Shown one piece after another: positions 1 through 12,702 of a stretch of 64,000 nucleotides of DNA. The stretch is from NCBI GenBank assembly GCA_964270895.1, contig OZ185440.1; one strand, given 5' to 3'. Numbering within the stretch: position 1 is the stretch's first letter; every line of letters starts with the position of its first letter. Position numbers and translations under genes: made by a program. Under the pieces are notes generated by a model. That model worked only from the letters and a program-made list of their open reading frames with translations. It had not been told where the DNA came from and made no database searches. Origin of the DNA: Podarcis filfolensis. Taxonomy: Eukaryota.

Positions 1-31
1 AAGGGACACTGATCTTTATTTTTCTGACTAG

Positions 32-196
32 GTGATACTGACGGGGGACAGACCTAGACCATACCATACAGGAAGAATATTTCGATCATCTGATTTTGCT
101 AAGAACTTCCAGTTGACAGATATTCCTTTCCATCCTTCAACTCAAATAATTTATCACCCTCAGAATTCTGATCTGTTGTTGGCCCTCAGTATTGAG
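32..196 (+). CDS. SORT1: SORT1 exon (VILTG...LALSIE), 165 nt
   Basis: ctag|GTG...GAG|gtaagg; contains [13 protein letters not shown]. Confidence 0.95.
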
Positions 197-3100
197 GTAA
201 GGATTTGGGAAGAATAGAGCTGTTGGTTCACTTATTCACTGGTAATTTAGGCACTGAATCTAGGCTCCAAGAAGCCATTTAGGGCTCCTCCAGACATCCT
301 TTTTATTATGCATTCATGATGATTTGGACTTACGATGGTATTGGGGCTGTTATCCCTGATCCCACTTTCAATACTGTTTAAACCTGAAAAAGTTCTAGAG
401 TGGGTACACTGCTTCATTTTCAGCTTATCCCATAATGTCCTGTTGAAATCCTTGTAACCTTTTATACCACAAATGTTTTGCTTTAGTTTTTGTCCTGCTT
501 TTATGATACTGTAGTGCAAGAGTACTGCTCCAAACAGCAATAATGGTGTAATACTGGGGAAGCACTGCAGAACAACTAATAAAGTGGAATGATGGATGGC
601 CCAGTATCAATCCACCACAATTATTGCATCAGTGACATGTTGCAGAATTCACCCACTAAAAAGCTCCAGTCTGGAGAGACTCTTAATGTATGTTTGGGTG
701 GGTGGGCAGGAGGGCTTGGCTCTTGTGTGACCCCTTGTGGTAATAATTGGCAGCGTCATAGTTCCTTTCTCATCAATACAGCAGTTGTATGGTCATAGTT
801 ACTGCTTTGCCCTAAGTGCTGTGTTACATAATGAAAGTGTGGGGTATATTTTAAATGAAACTCATTGCATTGGCTGCATGAAGGTCTTTTCTAACAGGAC
901 TATGAGATTCTGTATATAGGTGAATCAAGCTGCTTTAAGAGATACAGTCTGACTCAGTGGCAGAACTGAAGTATGGAAGCATCAGCTGGTCAAGAAAATG
1001 TGTCCAGACTGTTACTGCCTTCTGTTGTGTTTCTGGCCCCAATTCAAAGTGTTGATAATGAACTTTAAAGTCCTAAATGATTTGACACTAGGATGTTTAA
1101 AAGATTGCTCTCTCCCATATGAGCTTTCCTGCCCTTAAAATCTTTTATGGAGGTTCTCTTCCATGTCTCACCAACATCTGAGTTGTGCTTGGCTGTACAC
1201 AACTGAGCCTTCTCTGTGGGCTCACCAACACTTCAGTTACTCTCTCAATGGGAGTCACATCTTGACCCTTCTCTGATGGTGTTCCACTGCTGTGCAAAGA
1301 TGTATTTTCCGGCAAAAAATTGGTCTACCAAATTGCTAATCTTATTCTCTGTGATATGTTAGATATGTTTTCTCTGCTGCCTCTTTTCTCTGCCTTACTG
1401 ATTATTTTGCATTTTCTTTTTTAATATGTTGGTTGGATTGTAAACCACCTTGAGCATTTTCAATGGAAATCTGGGCTAAAATATTTTTGAATGAATATTT
1501 TTAGCTCAGACTTGAAAATGCTAAGCAGATGATGAATAATCCTTTCTTAATGTTTTCAGGGCAGCCTGTGGGTATCTAAGACCTTTGGTGAGAAATGGAA
1601 AGAAATACACAAAGATGTTTGCCTGGCCAAATGGTGAGCAGCTGAAAAACAAACATGTTCCCCAGGGAGTTAGTAGTTTAATGTTCTCTTGATTACACTA
1701 GAGCTGGCTGCTTGCAAAAACAGAAAGATAACTCTCTTTGGGATGAAATTCTCTTGGTCCCTAATAGCCCTTCTTGTGGTCATGTTTGTATTGTGTGCTT
1801 TTTTGGAAAAGTTGCTGTAATGCCTTCTGCATACACTGATGTTTGCAGTACTTGAACACTTTGCATATGCAGGAAGAGCTCTATATAAAGGGGCAACTTG
1901 GTAGCTGTGTGTTAAATTTTCCAGCTTTGGATCATTTTCACCTTCAGGGTACCAGGGCTGTTTGGAGAGTAGATCCAATAGCTTGGCAGTAGAGCACCTG
2001 CCTTCTGTATAGAGGGTCCCAGATTTCATCCCTGACTTTTCCAGTTAAGTGGCTCTCTGTTGCCAGTTGTTGAATTAGCTAGCTTCTTTGCCCTCAGGAT
2101 TTTGTTCTCAGTGTTCTTCCCCTTGACTTTTTCCAGGGGCTCTGGCATGACCATTTTCTTCACCACATTCCTGAATGGCTCTTGTAGTAAGTATTCCCAA
2201 GTACAACAAGTAATAATGATACATGTTAGTTTTTAACAACTCACCTGTGGACAGTCCATTTCTGAAGATGGCTTCAAGTGCTGGTTCTCACCCTTTTTAA
2301 GCAGTTTGGGAACACAATGTGTAACGGACACCTTCTCTCACTGAGCATGCTTAAATAACACAATCTTCACCAGAGGCCCTAATCTAAGCTGGATGGCTTT
2401 AATCAGTTATTTTTACTGATTCTTCAGATGGTGTTGCTCAAATTTTGGGTTATGTTGGGTTATGTTGAGTTTTATTTTGTATTTTGATACTGTGCTTTAT
2501 TATTATTATGAGCCATCCTTGGAGTTCTGCTAAATGGAAGAGCAGCATACCTATATGTTAAACAAGATCAGCACTGTGCAGGCTAGCCAGCACCTCAAAT
2601 GGACCTAGCATGGCCCTGCTTTAAAGAATAAGGCCTTGAAGCTGTTTTTTTTCATTTGCTCTACAGCATTTTCACACATTACTCACATGAAAAGGGCACC
2701 ACATGTTGAAGCAGTTGCAGAGTCCAGCCCCTAAGGCCTACCCCCTGCATGTTTGACCACAGATGCCTGCAAAAGAGTAGCCTATGCAATTAGACTTTTT
2801 TTTTTGCTGCAAGTTTCCAGGCTTATTGACATTTCAGGGACATTGGGGGGGGGTTAGGGATGGGAAACTACAGGCTTATGGGGCAGTGGTGTGGCCTTGC
2901 AACCCCTTCAATGGATGAAATCTCTTTGCTGTGTGTATTTCATGAAGAGGGCTTCTCTATCTCTCTAATTGGGACAATGTTCATATACTTCCTCTTTCAC
3001 AAGAAGCTGATCTTGGGTTACTTGAGCTGAAAAGGACCAAAGACTTTGGGAAGACATTCAAGACTATAGGAAGCAAAATCTACTCCTTTGGTCTTGGAGG

Positions 3101-6100
3101 ACGCTTCCTCTTTGCATCTGTGATGACAGAAAAGGTAGGAAATTCACTGTTCTCTTTTTCTATTTCCATAGGCCCCAGGAGTTGAGTTTACAGTGGGTCC
3201 CACCCCTCTATGATAGAAAGCAAAGGAACCAGTGTTTGAAGAATGTTGATGTATATTAGTTCATTTTTAATGCAAGTGGCTTTTTCTAGTCTGAGGGCCA
3301 TTTTCATCCTTGGCCAACCCTCCAGCTGTAGAAGTGGCCAGAAGTGGCTGACTGATCAGGCATCCAGGCCAAGGTTTAGCACCACTGATTTTTCAGTTTA
3401 ATCAGCCCTGTCAGCAGAAACCCTGTGCAAGAACTTCTACTTGCGCAACGGAGCTTCCCTCCCTCAACTCCTGTGCCCCCCAAAATTTGCTTGGTGGGAT
3501 GTCAGGATAAACCCTCAAACAGTGCAGAAATGGCAACCTGGAATGCCTGTACAGATGGAACGACTGGAAGAGCTTGATGTTAAATTCCACTCAGTGATTT
3601 CACTCCTTAATAAAGATAACAGTTCACTGTGCAGTGAGGAAGTGCCCCTACAGCTCCCATCCCAATATATAGTATCAGGTCGATAAATAAGCGAGTTATT
3701 GAAGGGGATTACTTATTTAGTATACTATCAAGACTATGTAGTGTGAATTTCTGGTATCCGTCAGGAATAACCTCCTATATAAACACCAATAGTATGTAGG
3801 ATGTGGTAGTAATTCAACAACACTATCATTGCCTTCACTAGGGCAATACAAGACGAATCCATGTGTCATTGGATCATGGAGAAACCTGGAACATGGCACA
3901 ACTTCCTTCAGTTGGACAAGAGCAGTTTTACTCTATCTTGGCAGCTAATGATGACATGGTATTCATGCATGTAGATGAGCCTGGAGGTGAGAGAAGGGAG
4001 TTTGGTGTGGTGTATAATTAAAAATCATAAAAAGTTCTGAATTTCAACATGCATTTGATGTGGGTTGCAAAACTTCGTATGGTTCATGTGAAGATGAACT
4101 GTATAGCATATAGGCACCTAAGGTTAATCCTTGAAATAACATATATGCACTCATAATGATAAAGCATTTGAATCATACACTTGGTGAAGAGACTGCCAGA
4201 TCATCCCTTAGGGAAGGACAGTTGTAGTTGCGTCCACACACTTGAGACCCCGCTGTTCTCACTCTTGTTCTGTCAAGAACCCTGTGGCCCTGTTCATTTG
4301 TTTCATATAGTCCCTATTTATTTCCTAACCAGTTTATTGTAATAGTTTTAGGCAGCTTTGAAATTGGCATTAGCATAGGCCTATCAGCTTTCTAGACCTG
4401 GTAATCTAAAATTAATGGTGATGTTGATAATACTGAGATGAGAGCCCCGTTCCTTAGGGACTCTCTGGAAGACCCTCACCCCCTGCAACCTATTGTTTTT
4501 CTTGCAGATACTGGGTATGGGACAATTTACACCTCTGATGACCAAGGCATCATATATTCAAAGTCCCTAGAAAGGCATCTCTATACCACCACAGGGGGAG
4601 AGACGGACTTCACCAATGTGACCTCCTTGCGAGGCATCTACATCACTAGTGTGCTCTCAGAGGGTCAGTACTCACTTTCTGCATGGTGTCATGGGGACTG
4701 ATGGATTCTAGATTGGCTGTAATTGAAGATTGAGGAATCTGTTAGGAAAGTAGCTGAAACTTTTCAGTGAGATGGAATTGAGGCATTTCTTGGAGATCCA
4801 TTTGGGAGATCCATAATGCTTATGTTTGCTAATTTGTTTGAAATAGCTTGTTTTGAAGCTAGGTTTTCTCATAGGTGTTTTGACTAAAGGAAACAACCAT
4901 GTTACCGTCTTAGTTTGTCAAGGACAAGTTCACTTGTCTTGCAGTACTGGTCTCAGTTCTGCTTTTACGAAGTTAATGGGAATAATCAACATTGATCTGT
5001 TCCTGTGCTTACTATGTCTGTTAATACCGCATCCTGTAAAGCAGGGATGGTGGACCTGTGCCTCTTCGTATAGTCAGTTCTTATCATTCCCAGCAAGCAT
5101 GGTCAAGAGACAGGGATGATGGGAGTTGTAGTCCAGCAACATCTGGAGAGCCACATGTTTCCCATGTGTACCAGAGAGTTACTTAGTTTCAGCCCAGGTT
5201 GAATCTCTTTAGACAGTCTGAGTGAAGTAAGGAAGCCAAGCTCATATGTTAAACTGTGTTGTAAGGCTGACAGTTCCTATAGATGGGAATCGGGAGTGTC
5301 TTATTTGAAGCAGAAAGATGACACATCTGCACAGGGGCTGGAGCTTTAATATCAAACTGTGAATACTGGAAAGGTTGTCCCTGAAATAATGGCTGATGAC
5401 CTGACATTGAACTCAGCCGGTGTGCTGCAGGAGCCAACCCAATGAGTCTCAACAGCGCAGTGTGGTTTGCAGTCTTACTCTATTTTCAAAGTGTTTGGTC
5501 CTCTTTTGCAAGATGTCTTGTCTTTTTGAATGCTTGGAATGTTGCTACATGACATGGGAATTAAAGCATCCACTTTTTAATTATAGCAGGTGGCATTCAA
5601 CCTTTGCATCCCATTAATGAAAACATTTCTACTTGTGCTACAGGGCTCCCCCCCCCCACCTTCAGCACTTACTCCACACCCTCCCCAAATATAATCCAGA
5701 GGGTTGGGGAAACCCATGGAACAGATTTAGGGGGCATATAGGAGGAGGAGAGGGAGATAATGTTCCATTTCACAATAAAATCCTTCACTGATGGAATGCG
5801 AGACTTAGCACTGCATTGGGTTTTACTCAGAGAGTAAGTATGTTGTATAGAATTTATTGCACAAATACTTACATTTTCTCCTCTCAATCAGATAATTCCA
5901 TCCAATCGGTGATTACCTTTGATCAAGGAGGGGAGTGGGTGCACTTGAGGAAACCTGAAAATGCCAAATGTGACTCAACTGCCAAAAATAAGGAAAAGGT
6001 TTGTATGTTTATATATTGGATGTAGGATGATATTGTCAGACCAAGTTATAGTTCTAAGTTACTTGTTTGGAAGTTGTTTCTACTGAAAACTATGCTTCCT

Positions 6101-9100
6101 AGTAAATTGAGTGTATGACTCAAGTGCAAGATTAGGGTGTGGTGGTACAGGGTGTGCAAAATCATAGTTAGAGACCAAATTTATAGGTCTTGAAATAGCA
6201 TTAAACGTATTAAAGTTGCTGTAGCCTTTGTAAATATTCATTAGGAAATTGGCTTACCAATAGTTGTATTATCTCATGTTGCGTGGTTAGTGCATCTAAC
6301 TTGCAATAAAATTAAAAGTAAAGCATATTTTTAGGGATGTTTTGCAAGAGGAGTGGAATGCTCAACAAACTTTGTGCAGTGAGCTGGGCCCAAACTATGC
6401 AACAGAAAACAGTTTGTAATTCAGCCTGATTTAAAACAACAACAACAGAAGCGAACAGGCTTACGTGTGGAAGAAGCTGCCTTGGGCCATGTGTTACTCA
6501 AAACACAGTTTGTCAGCTAATAAACTTGGAAGCTTGGGTTCAGTTTGCCTTGGATTTGCACCAGTAAAGGTTCTCCTTTGTGGCAATTCTGTTGAAATTC
6601 AAGCACTTTTGGTTGTTTTGCTTTTAATAAGACCAAATATGTTAATGCTTCACCATTTTGCCTCCTTTTCTTATTGGGGTTGTCTTACATTTACAGTGCA
6701 GCCTTCACATCCATGCATCTTACAGCATCTCCCAGAAGCTGAATGTACCAATGGCTCCTCTGTCTGAGCCCAATGCTGTTGGAATTGTCATTGCTCACGG
6801 TAATGAATTATCCTTATGCACATATAATACGATGTAAGATAATTGGCAAAGGATGAGGCTTTACTTGGGATTGTCTACTGGTTTCTGTATTTTACAGATC
6901 TGTTTTTTTCCTTCTTCTGCCAGTAAGGGTGGGTGAACTTAGGAATGAATACAAGTGGTGGACCTTCATGAGAGAACTGTAGTGTACTCATATCCATTGT
7001 ATTGGCAATGGCCTTGTGTTGCAGGAAGTGTTGGGGATGCCATTTCAATAATAAACCCAGATGTTTACATTTCGGATGATGGCGGCTACACCTGGGCACG
7101 GATGCTTGAAGGACCCCATCACTATGCCATCCTGGATTCTGGGGGCATCATTGTGGCCGTTGAGCAAACGGATCATCCTATCAATGTGATTAAGTATGCA
7201 GGAACTTAATTTTGTTAATACTTCTATGGTGGGAGGACATGAGAAGTTCAGTGCCCACTTCGTCCCTGTTATGTCACCTGGAACTATCCCTATAGAACAG
7301 TGTTACTCAAACTTGGGGGCCCAGCTGTTGTTGGACTACAACTCCCATCATCCCTAGCTAGTAGGACCAGTGGCCAGGGATGCTGGGAGTTGTAGTCCAA
7401 CAACAGCTAGGGACCCAAGTCTATGAAACACTGCTGTAGAATGATGTAAAGGAAGAAACTGGGTTGCTCTCAATTTAGAATGTTTGAAAGGAATGAGGCT
7501 ATTCTAACCACGAAGCTGTTGCTTGAGAGGAGTGACTTCAGAAGAACCACTAATTTCTATCCCTATTGACATTTTTAAAACAAGCTCTCGTCCAGAACAG
7601 GCAGATATAAATATGTTTGGAATTCCAGCTAGGATAAAAGCAACAGACAGAAGAAGTCCCCGTGCACTTCTCCATTGCAAATCACCTTTTCCTGGCACTC
7701 ATTTGCAAAGAAGTCAGTCATATAATTGTAGACTTTGAAGGCACACCAAAGGTCATCTAGTCCAACCCCATACAATGTAGGAATCACAGTTAAAGCATCT
7801 CTGACAGATGACCCTCCAGCCTCTGTTTCAAAACCTCCAATGAAGGAGAGTCCACCACTTTCCGAGGGAATCATAGCTCTTAACAGCAGGAATTTATTCC
7901 TAAAGTTTAGTCAGAATCTTCTTTCTTGTAGTTTGAATCCGTTGGTTCAGGTCCTAAGGCCCTCTGAAGCAGGAGAAAAAAAGCTTGTTCCCTCTTCCAT
8001 GTGACAGCCCTTCAGATATTCAAACATGGCTATCATGCCACCCTCTCAGTCTCCTCTTTTCCAAGTTAAACACACCCAACTCCCTAAACCATTCCTCATA
8101 AGGCTTGGTATCCAGTCCCTTGATCATCTTGGTCTCCCTCCTCTGAACACATTCTAGCTTGTCAATATCCTTCTTAAATTGTGGTGCCCAGAAATGGACA
8201 CAGTACAGCGGAACCCAAGGTTCTGATCTGCAAAGTGGCAAGTAAGCATGTAGTTTAGTCTAATATTCCTGTCACCTGTCTTGCATCCCCAGTATTTGAG
8301 AGTGGATGCCTTAAGCTTTGTTAGGATTTCTGTCAGTCTAAATTAACCACAGTGATAATGCCAAACCTCCATTCCTAATCTTATCTGTTTCAGGTTCTCC
8401 ACAGACGAAGGGCAGTGCTGGCACAACTATGTTTTCAGTAAGGATCCTATGATGTTTACTGGCCTGGCATCAGAGCCAGGAGCAAAATCGATGAATGTTA
8501 GCATCTGGGGATTTACAGAGAGCTTCCTGTCTCGTCAGTGGATCTCGTATACTATTGACTTTAATGATCTTCTCAACAGGGAGTGTGAGTAATCTCTTCC
8601 TTTATAACAAATAAGAATGTTAGCCAGCTACCTGTCTTCAAATTGTCTTGACTGTATCTGTGAATTTAAAAAATGTGATGCAACTAGAACAGGGGTCAGC
8701 AAACATTTTCAGCAGGGGGCCAGTCCACTGTCCCTCAGACCTTGTGGGGGGCCAGACTATATTGGGGGGGGAATGAATGAATTTCTATGCCCCACAAATA
8801 ACCCAGAGATGCATTTTAAATAAAAGCACACATTCTACTCATGTAAAAACACGCTGATTCCCTGATGTCTGCAAGGCGGATTTAGAAGGCAATTGGGCTG
8901 GATCCGGCCCCTGGGCCTTAGTTTGCCTACCCATGAATTAGAGCATTTTCAATAGGCTACTGGTGTAATACTGTGTTTGAGAATGCACAGGTCAGGTCTT
9001 TTAGCTGCCTCTTCATGTGTAATCCCCACAAAAAAGTTAGTTCCTCCAGAGATGAGGAAGCTTGCCTCAGATTAATTTGGAAATTACTCAAGTTCTTTTT

Positions 9101-12100
9101 GGGTGGGGGGAGCAAAACTTTTCTCCAAGAATAATTTGGAATATTCCCTCCCCCCCCAGCTAATGTAAGGGCTCAGAAATATTGTACACCCATCTTCTCT
9201 GTTCCTTCTCCCTCTCTGAAAAAAGCCATTTACGCCAGGCCACGCTCCTCTCATTTCCTTTCCTTACCTTTAATTGGCAGCAGAGGAAGGAGAGAGGTTT
9301 CCTCCTCACCCCCCCTTTTTGTTCTGCTGCAGTGGGTAACAGCGTGGTGGGGCATGGGGAGCCATGTGATATGTCCTGTCCCCCACAAAGGCTGCCGCAC
9401 CTGAGAAAGCTACAGGGCAGCTTTCCTTAATTCCAGAGAGTACCCGCCCGAGTTCTGTGGCTGATTGCACCACAAAATTCTACAGAAAAGTCCACAGAAT
9501 TTTAGTAGTTTTTTGCTATCTTAGGAATCTGGTCATTATTCCCTCCTTAGGTATGGAGAAGGACTACACAAAGTGGTTGGCTCACTCCAGCAATCCCAAT
9601 GACCCTGCAGATGGCTGCATATTGGGCTACAAGGAGGAATACCTGCGCCTTCGCAAGTCATCTTTCTGTCAGAATGGTCGAGACTACGTTGTGACCAAGC
9701 AACCATCTGTCTGCACTTGCACATTAGGTGACTTCCTCTGGTATGTTTGGAGAGTTCCTCCCATAATCTATTCCCATGGCTGTGTTTTTTTCTGTTCTGA
9801 AATGGCCTGGGGAGTGACCATACTCCCACCCTGCCAACCCTTTGAGCTTCACTGAAATATTAAACCAGACTCTGCAGTTCATTTTCTGAAATAGTGAGAT
9901 GGGGAACCTGTGGCCCTCCAGGTGTTGGACTGCAGCTCTAATCAGCCCAACCGGCATGATTAGTGGGATCTGCAGCCTAGCAACAACTGGAGGGCCACAG
10001 GTTCCCCATTCCTGATGTATGTAGAATTGTGGTTTTATGACTCTACAAGTGTGAGGTTTTTCAAGGAGGCAGTCAAGTGATTAAACATTGATTAAATATG
10101 GTGAAACTTGGGGGTTCTCAGAAGAAATGCCACATTTTGCAACCCAGATTCCATTATCAGTATAACAAGATGTGCAGGTTAATGCTGGTCTATTTTCTGT
10201 GGCTGAAGGAGCATACAAGATTTTAAGCAGGCAGATATTTCACAAACAGATATCATGCAGTTGCACATACCTACGCCATTTATTTGAGACAAAAGTGGCA
10301 GAAATCCTCTTCACTAAAAGAAAGCATACAAACTCATTGTTTGTTCAGATCCAAAATCTGGCTTTGGCAGGATCTGAAGTTCTCGGAGAGGGGAGCATCA
10401 GGGACAATAAACATATCCCACACTTGGGCTGTGTACACACCATACATTTAAAGCACATGACTTCCCCCTGAGAATCTTGGTGACTGTGATTTACCCTTCA
10501 CAGAGCTGCAGTTTCCAGCACCCATAACAAACTACAACTCCCAGGATTCTTTAGGGGAAGTCATGTCCTTTAAATGTATGGTGTGCACACAGCTTTAGAC
10601 CATTAGAAGTTCCTACTGAGACTTCCTGTGGTTCAGGGTCTTAAGCAGATGCTGTTTGCTTGTTCATTCTTTTCCTTGTAGTCTCAGGCTGGGAACTTGA
10701 TCTTGAAAATAAGCCTCATCTCAATGGCTTCTCATTTAAGCCACTAGGTTTTGCAGTAAATGGTCACGTCTGATGTTCAGCTTTGCTTGTGTGTGCTGCT
10801 TTTAAAAGGCCCTCATGATAACTTCTGTGGGGAGCATTCAGCTGTGGAAAAATGAACAACGAAAAGGGTGGAGTGTAATTTAAGAAGACGGAAAATAGTG
10901 CAGACATTAGGGAGCAGAACTGTGTTGCTGGTAGCTTGTTCTACTGGACTCTAGCATGTACTGGCTCATTCTGATGACCTGTTTAACTGAGCATTCATCC
11001 TGATTTGTTTGCACAGATATAATGCTGCACAACATCAGCATCTCACACTTTCCAGTGCATTTCCCCATCCCTTTTGTTACCAGAAAAATCCCAGGGTGTT
11101 TTGCAGGGTGGGGGGATTGTAAGCAGGTTTATTGTGCAAGGGTGCCAAATTCACTTTAACTGCACAAACTGGTGGTATATGATTAATTCATACCTGAAAA
11201 TAACGAGACTGAACATGGCCTTTGCATCCCTTAAACTTGCAGAGCCATAGTCCAGAGTACACAAATTACTGCAATAAATGTGTGTCTTGAACAGTGCTGG
11301 ACTTAAACCTGAATGGCTTCTTTTTTAAAACCACTCAAGGGGGCGGTGTATGTGTGAACTGAGCATGCCTTCAAAAAGAGCAAGGTGGGAATAAGCAGAT
11401 ATTTCCACTACCACCACCTTATGAGATGGCTAAAGAACCTTGCTTTTCTCTTGAAATGTTGTGTAAACAAAAGCACCACACTCACATCAACATGGACCTC
11501 ATTTTGGTTTCCAGCTTGGCAGGACTTCCTGGAACACCCAAGCTTTAAGAAGCTGTTTTTAAAAGCTGAAATTTTGTGCACACTTGCAGCCATGGAAAGC
11601 TTTCTGTATGCTGGCTTACATCCCAGCAGTACTTCCTGGTATACCCATATGGCTGCTGACATCACATAGTTATGTGGGTGTTCCAGGATGTTTTGTTGAA
11701 ATGGAAGCCAGTGTAAGTTCTGAACTACTTCAAGTGAGCTCAGTGAGGAAAAAGAGGGTTCCTTAGCCACCTCATATGGTTGAATAAGACAAGCAATGCA
11801 CACACACACAAATTTCTACAAATGTAGCAGTGATGAAAGGTGCAGAAAACAGCTCCCCAGTTTGCAAAGGGGCAAATGACCTTGCAAAATTGGAGGGCAA
11901 GTTTTAGCCTAGCACTGGTTTTTGAGTGCTGGGGAAATGGAGAGATCAATCTGGATTTCTCACAATAGATTTTGAGGCTGTACAAAACCAGTAATAAAAT
12001 TGATGTCAGTCTGGTTGTGGGGTTGTTTTAGAGGGCCCTAGAAGGAATCAGTACTCAGTATCTCTATCATCTTCTCCCACCTGCTGTTGCTTTTTGAATA

Positions 12101-12656
12101 TTTAAAAAACATTTTCATTCACAACCAGTTTATCAAGCAGCAGTTCTAATTTTTCAATGTGCATGGGTTCATTGTTGGCACTGAATCTGCTTTCCATTCA
12201 GGGCCACATTCATCACCATGGATACGTGTGCTGCATATTAGCAAATTAGATTGCTAATGCTTGGTAGGAAATAATTCAGGGTTGGCGAACCTGTGGCCTG
12301 CCATTTTTGGTGACCCACAACCCTCTTTTTTTCTTCTGGCACCTCTTTTTATTTTTTTTGAAAAGCTCCACATCTCCCTCTGGTGCATTGCCTTTGTTAG
12401 GAGCTCCTATAGGAAGGAAACAGAAAAGTCGTCTAAAGCTTTTTCTCTTCCTTCTAATGTCTTCTAACATGGGAACCATTTATCCCTATGGTGCAGTGTC
12501 ATTCAGAGTTAAGACCTTGAAGACATTTTTCTTTTCCTTGCTATTACAGCACTAGGGTAGGAGGAAAGCCCCCAAGCTAGCAATGGGAAGAAAAAACACA
12601 GGGAATTCTCCCCTCTGCAGCCCCAACTTAATCAGCATTTGTCTTCTTGTCTGTTT

Positions 12657-12702
<46 letters not shown>

